A DNA stretch of 32,747 nt, from the NCBI GenBank assembly GCA_031835245.2, contig JAVKOQ020000036.1, positions 248,001 to 280,747 of the forward strand. Direction: 5' to 3'. A program made the position numbers and the translations under genes. The notes under the pieces were generated by a model, which worked only from the letters and a program-made list of their open reading frames with translations, had not been told where the DNA came from and ran no database searches. Below, in pieces: positions 31,590 to 32,747 of this stretch (positions within the stretch are counted from its first letter, which is position 1; each line of letters starts with the position of its first letter). The stretch comes from Balamuthia mandrillaris. Its lineage: Eukaryota.

Positions 31590-32103
31590 ATTTGCGTTCC
31601 AACTTCGTCCTTGTGAAAGAATGTTTTTCTCTTGTAAAAGAAGAAAGCCTCGAAGAAATGTAAGTAAATACACCGAACAAAGGCCCTTCATTTATTGGTA
31701 ATTAAACTGAACGCCTCGAGTCCTACAGAAAGCAACCCCACTTGTGCACAACTGATAGGTTGAAGGACCTCTCCGCAGTTCAGTTGGTGCAGAACTATTC
31801 TGACGTTCAGCTGCTTGCAGTTGCAACAGCAATGCGCCTCCAGCATGTCCACCCCACTTTGCCCCACTCCGTGACCTGGATCCTCTGCGTTGGATGAATT
31901 AGAACGGCTCTGGAGGAAATTGTTTTGCAGCAGCTTTCGTGCACATAAGCTGCACGTTCACTTTTTTCTTTCTCTTTCCTTTTTCACCCTGTCGACAAAA
32001 AGGTTGGGTTAAAATACTGTGGCCTGACTATCGGTTTTATAGATATTGCTCGATAAGCTTTTGTCGACAATAGATATTGCGAATATTATTGCGTTTATTG
32101 ATA

Positions 32104-32640
32104 CTACTCGTAGAAGCAGTTTCGCTTGGCGTTGATTGCAAAAGGTAACGTTAAATCAGAAAGCTCTTTGAAAGGAGGTTCTGTATCCTCTTCCCACCCG
32201 CAGTAACAACTTTCAAGGATCTGAAACGCTTTGACCATCTTTTTGCCGCTGTAGGGGAGGACACGAGCAACACAAAAAGCTTCCAGTTGTTTTCCCGTGT
32301 GTAGCATCAAAAAGTACATACAACGAAGGTGCTCCATCTCCGCAAGGGTTGCGTCTTCCAACATTTGTACAACGTTTGACCCTAGCCACTCTCTTAACCA
32401 AGCCTCGTTGTCTTTGAACTTTTGTTTTTCATCTCCAAGTTTTCCCTTGATTTCTTCTACTAAGTGAACAGGATTTCCAAGTACTTCTCCCAAACAATCA
32501 AAATCACTGCTTCTTTCCCTCGGTTCATACACACTCTCCGCTTGCCCTGTTGTAGTCTCTACAGTCCCAAATTCTATACATTCAAGCTCTTCCCAGTGGT
32601 CGTCACCGCTGCCGCCGCCGCTTGAGAAGAAAGAAAACAT
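32104..32640 (-). CDS. Hypothetical telomere-adjacent ORF (178 aa), possibly a truncated terminal exon
   Basis: Uninterrupted ORF of normal amino-acid complexity; ATG lies 17 bp from the first TTAGGG. Confidence 0.55.
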   Translation of the reverse strand: MFSFFSSGGGSGDDHWEELECIEFGTVETTTGQAESVYEPRERSSDFDCLGEVLGNPVHLVEEIKGKLGDEKQKFKDNEAWLREWLGSNVVQMLEDATLAEMEHLRCMYFLMLHTGKQLEAFCVARVLPYSGKKMVKAFQILESCYCGWEEDTEPPFKELSDLTLPFAINAKRNCFYE

Positions 32641-32655
32641 TAACCTTGTGGCTGA

Positions 32656-32745
32656 GGTTAGGGTTAGGGTTAGGGTTAGGGTTAGGGTTAGGGTTAGGGT
32701 TGGGTTGGGTTAGGGTTAGGGTTAGAGGTTAGGGTTAGGGTTAGG
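32656..32745 (+). repeat. Telomeric (TTAGGG)n tract
   Basis: About 15 units, G-rich strand running toward the window end, with TTGGG x2 and TTAGAGG variants. Confidence 0.95.
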
Positions 32746-32747
32746 TC

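Noticed and set aside
1..32747. CRISPR arrays, rRNA/tRNA genes, transposase or reverse transcriptase ORFs
   Set aside because: None seen; repeats are simple satellites without spacers.

Overview
Gene-dense, intron-rich eukaryotic chromosome segment ending in a (TTAGGG)n tract, so probably a subtelomere. Short pyrimidine-rich GT-AG introns, abundant (GA)n/(GAA)n microsatellites and the gene content suggest a free-living amoebozoan (Balamuthia/Acanthamoeba-like); this is an inference. I rebuilt about 19 gene models by hand: an OGFOD2-like oxygenase cut by the left edge, a low-complexity coiled-coil protein, a head-to-head pair of near-identical Rho/Rac GTPases, an AT-hook/HMG-box protein, a candidate tail-anchored microprotein, a BRF2-like TFIIB-family factor, an RGS protein ending in CaaX, MZT1, a split CAMK-type kinase, an F-box protein, a coiled-coil/Costars/LIM protein, a hypothetical protein, a Gfo/Idh/MocA oxidoreductase, a DUF1772-like membrane protein, a frame-disrupted archaemetzincin, a CE4 deacetylase, a small Cys-rich secreted protein, and an ORF abutting the telomere repeats. 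The most notable signals are the Rac pair lacking the Rho insert helix and carrying a rewired switch II, the BRF2-like factor, the telomere-abutting ORF, the decaying archaemetzincin and the Costars-LIM fusion. All family calls are motif recognition from memory; no searches were run.
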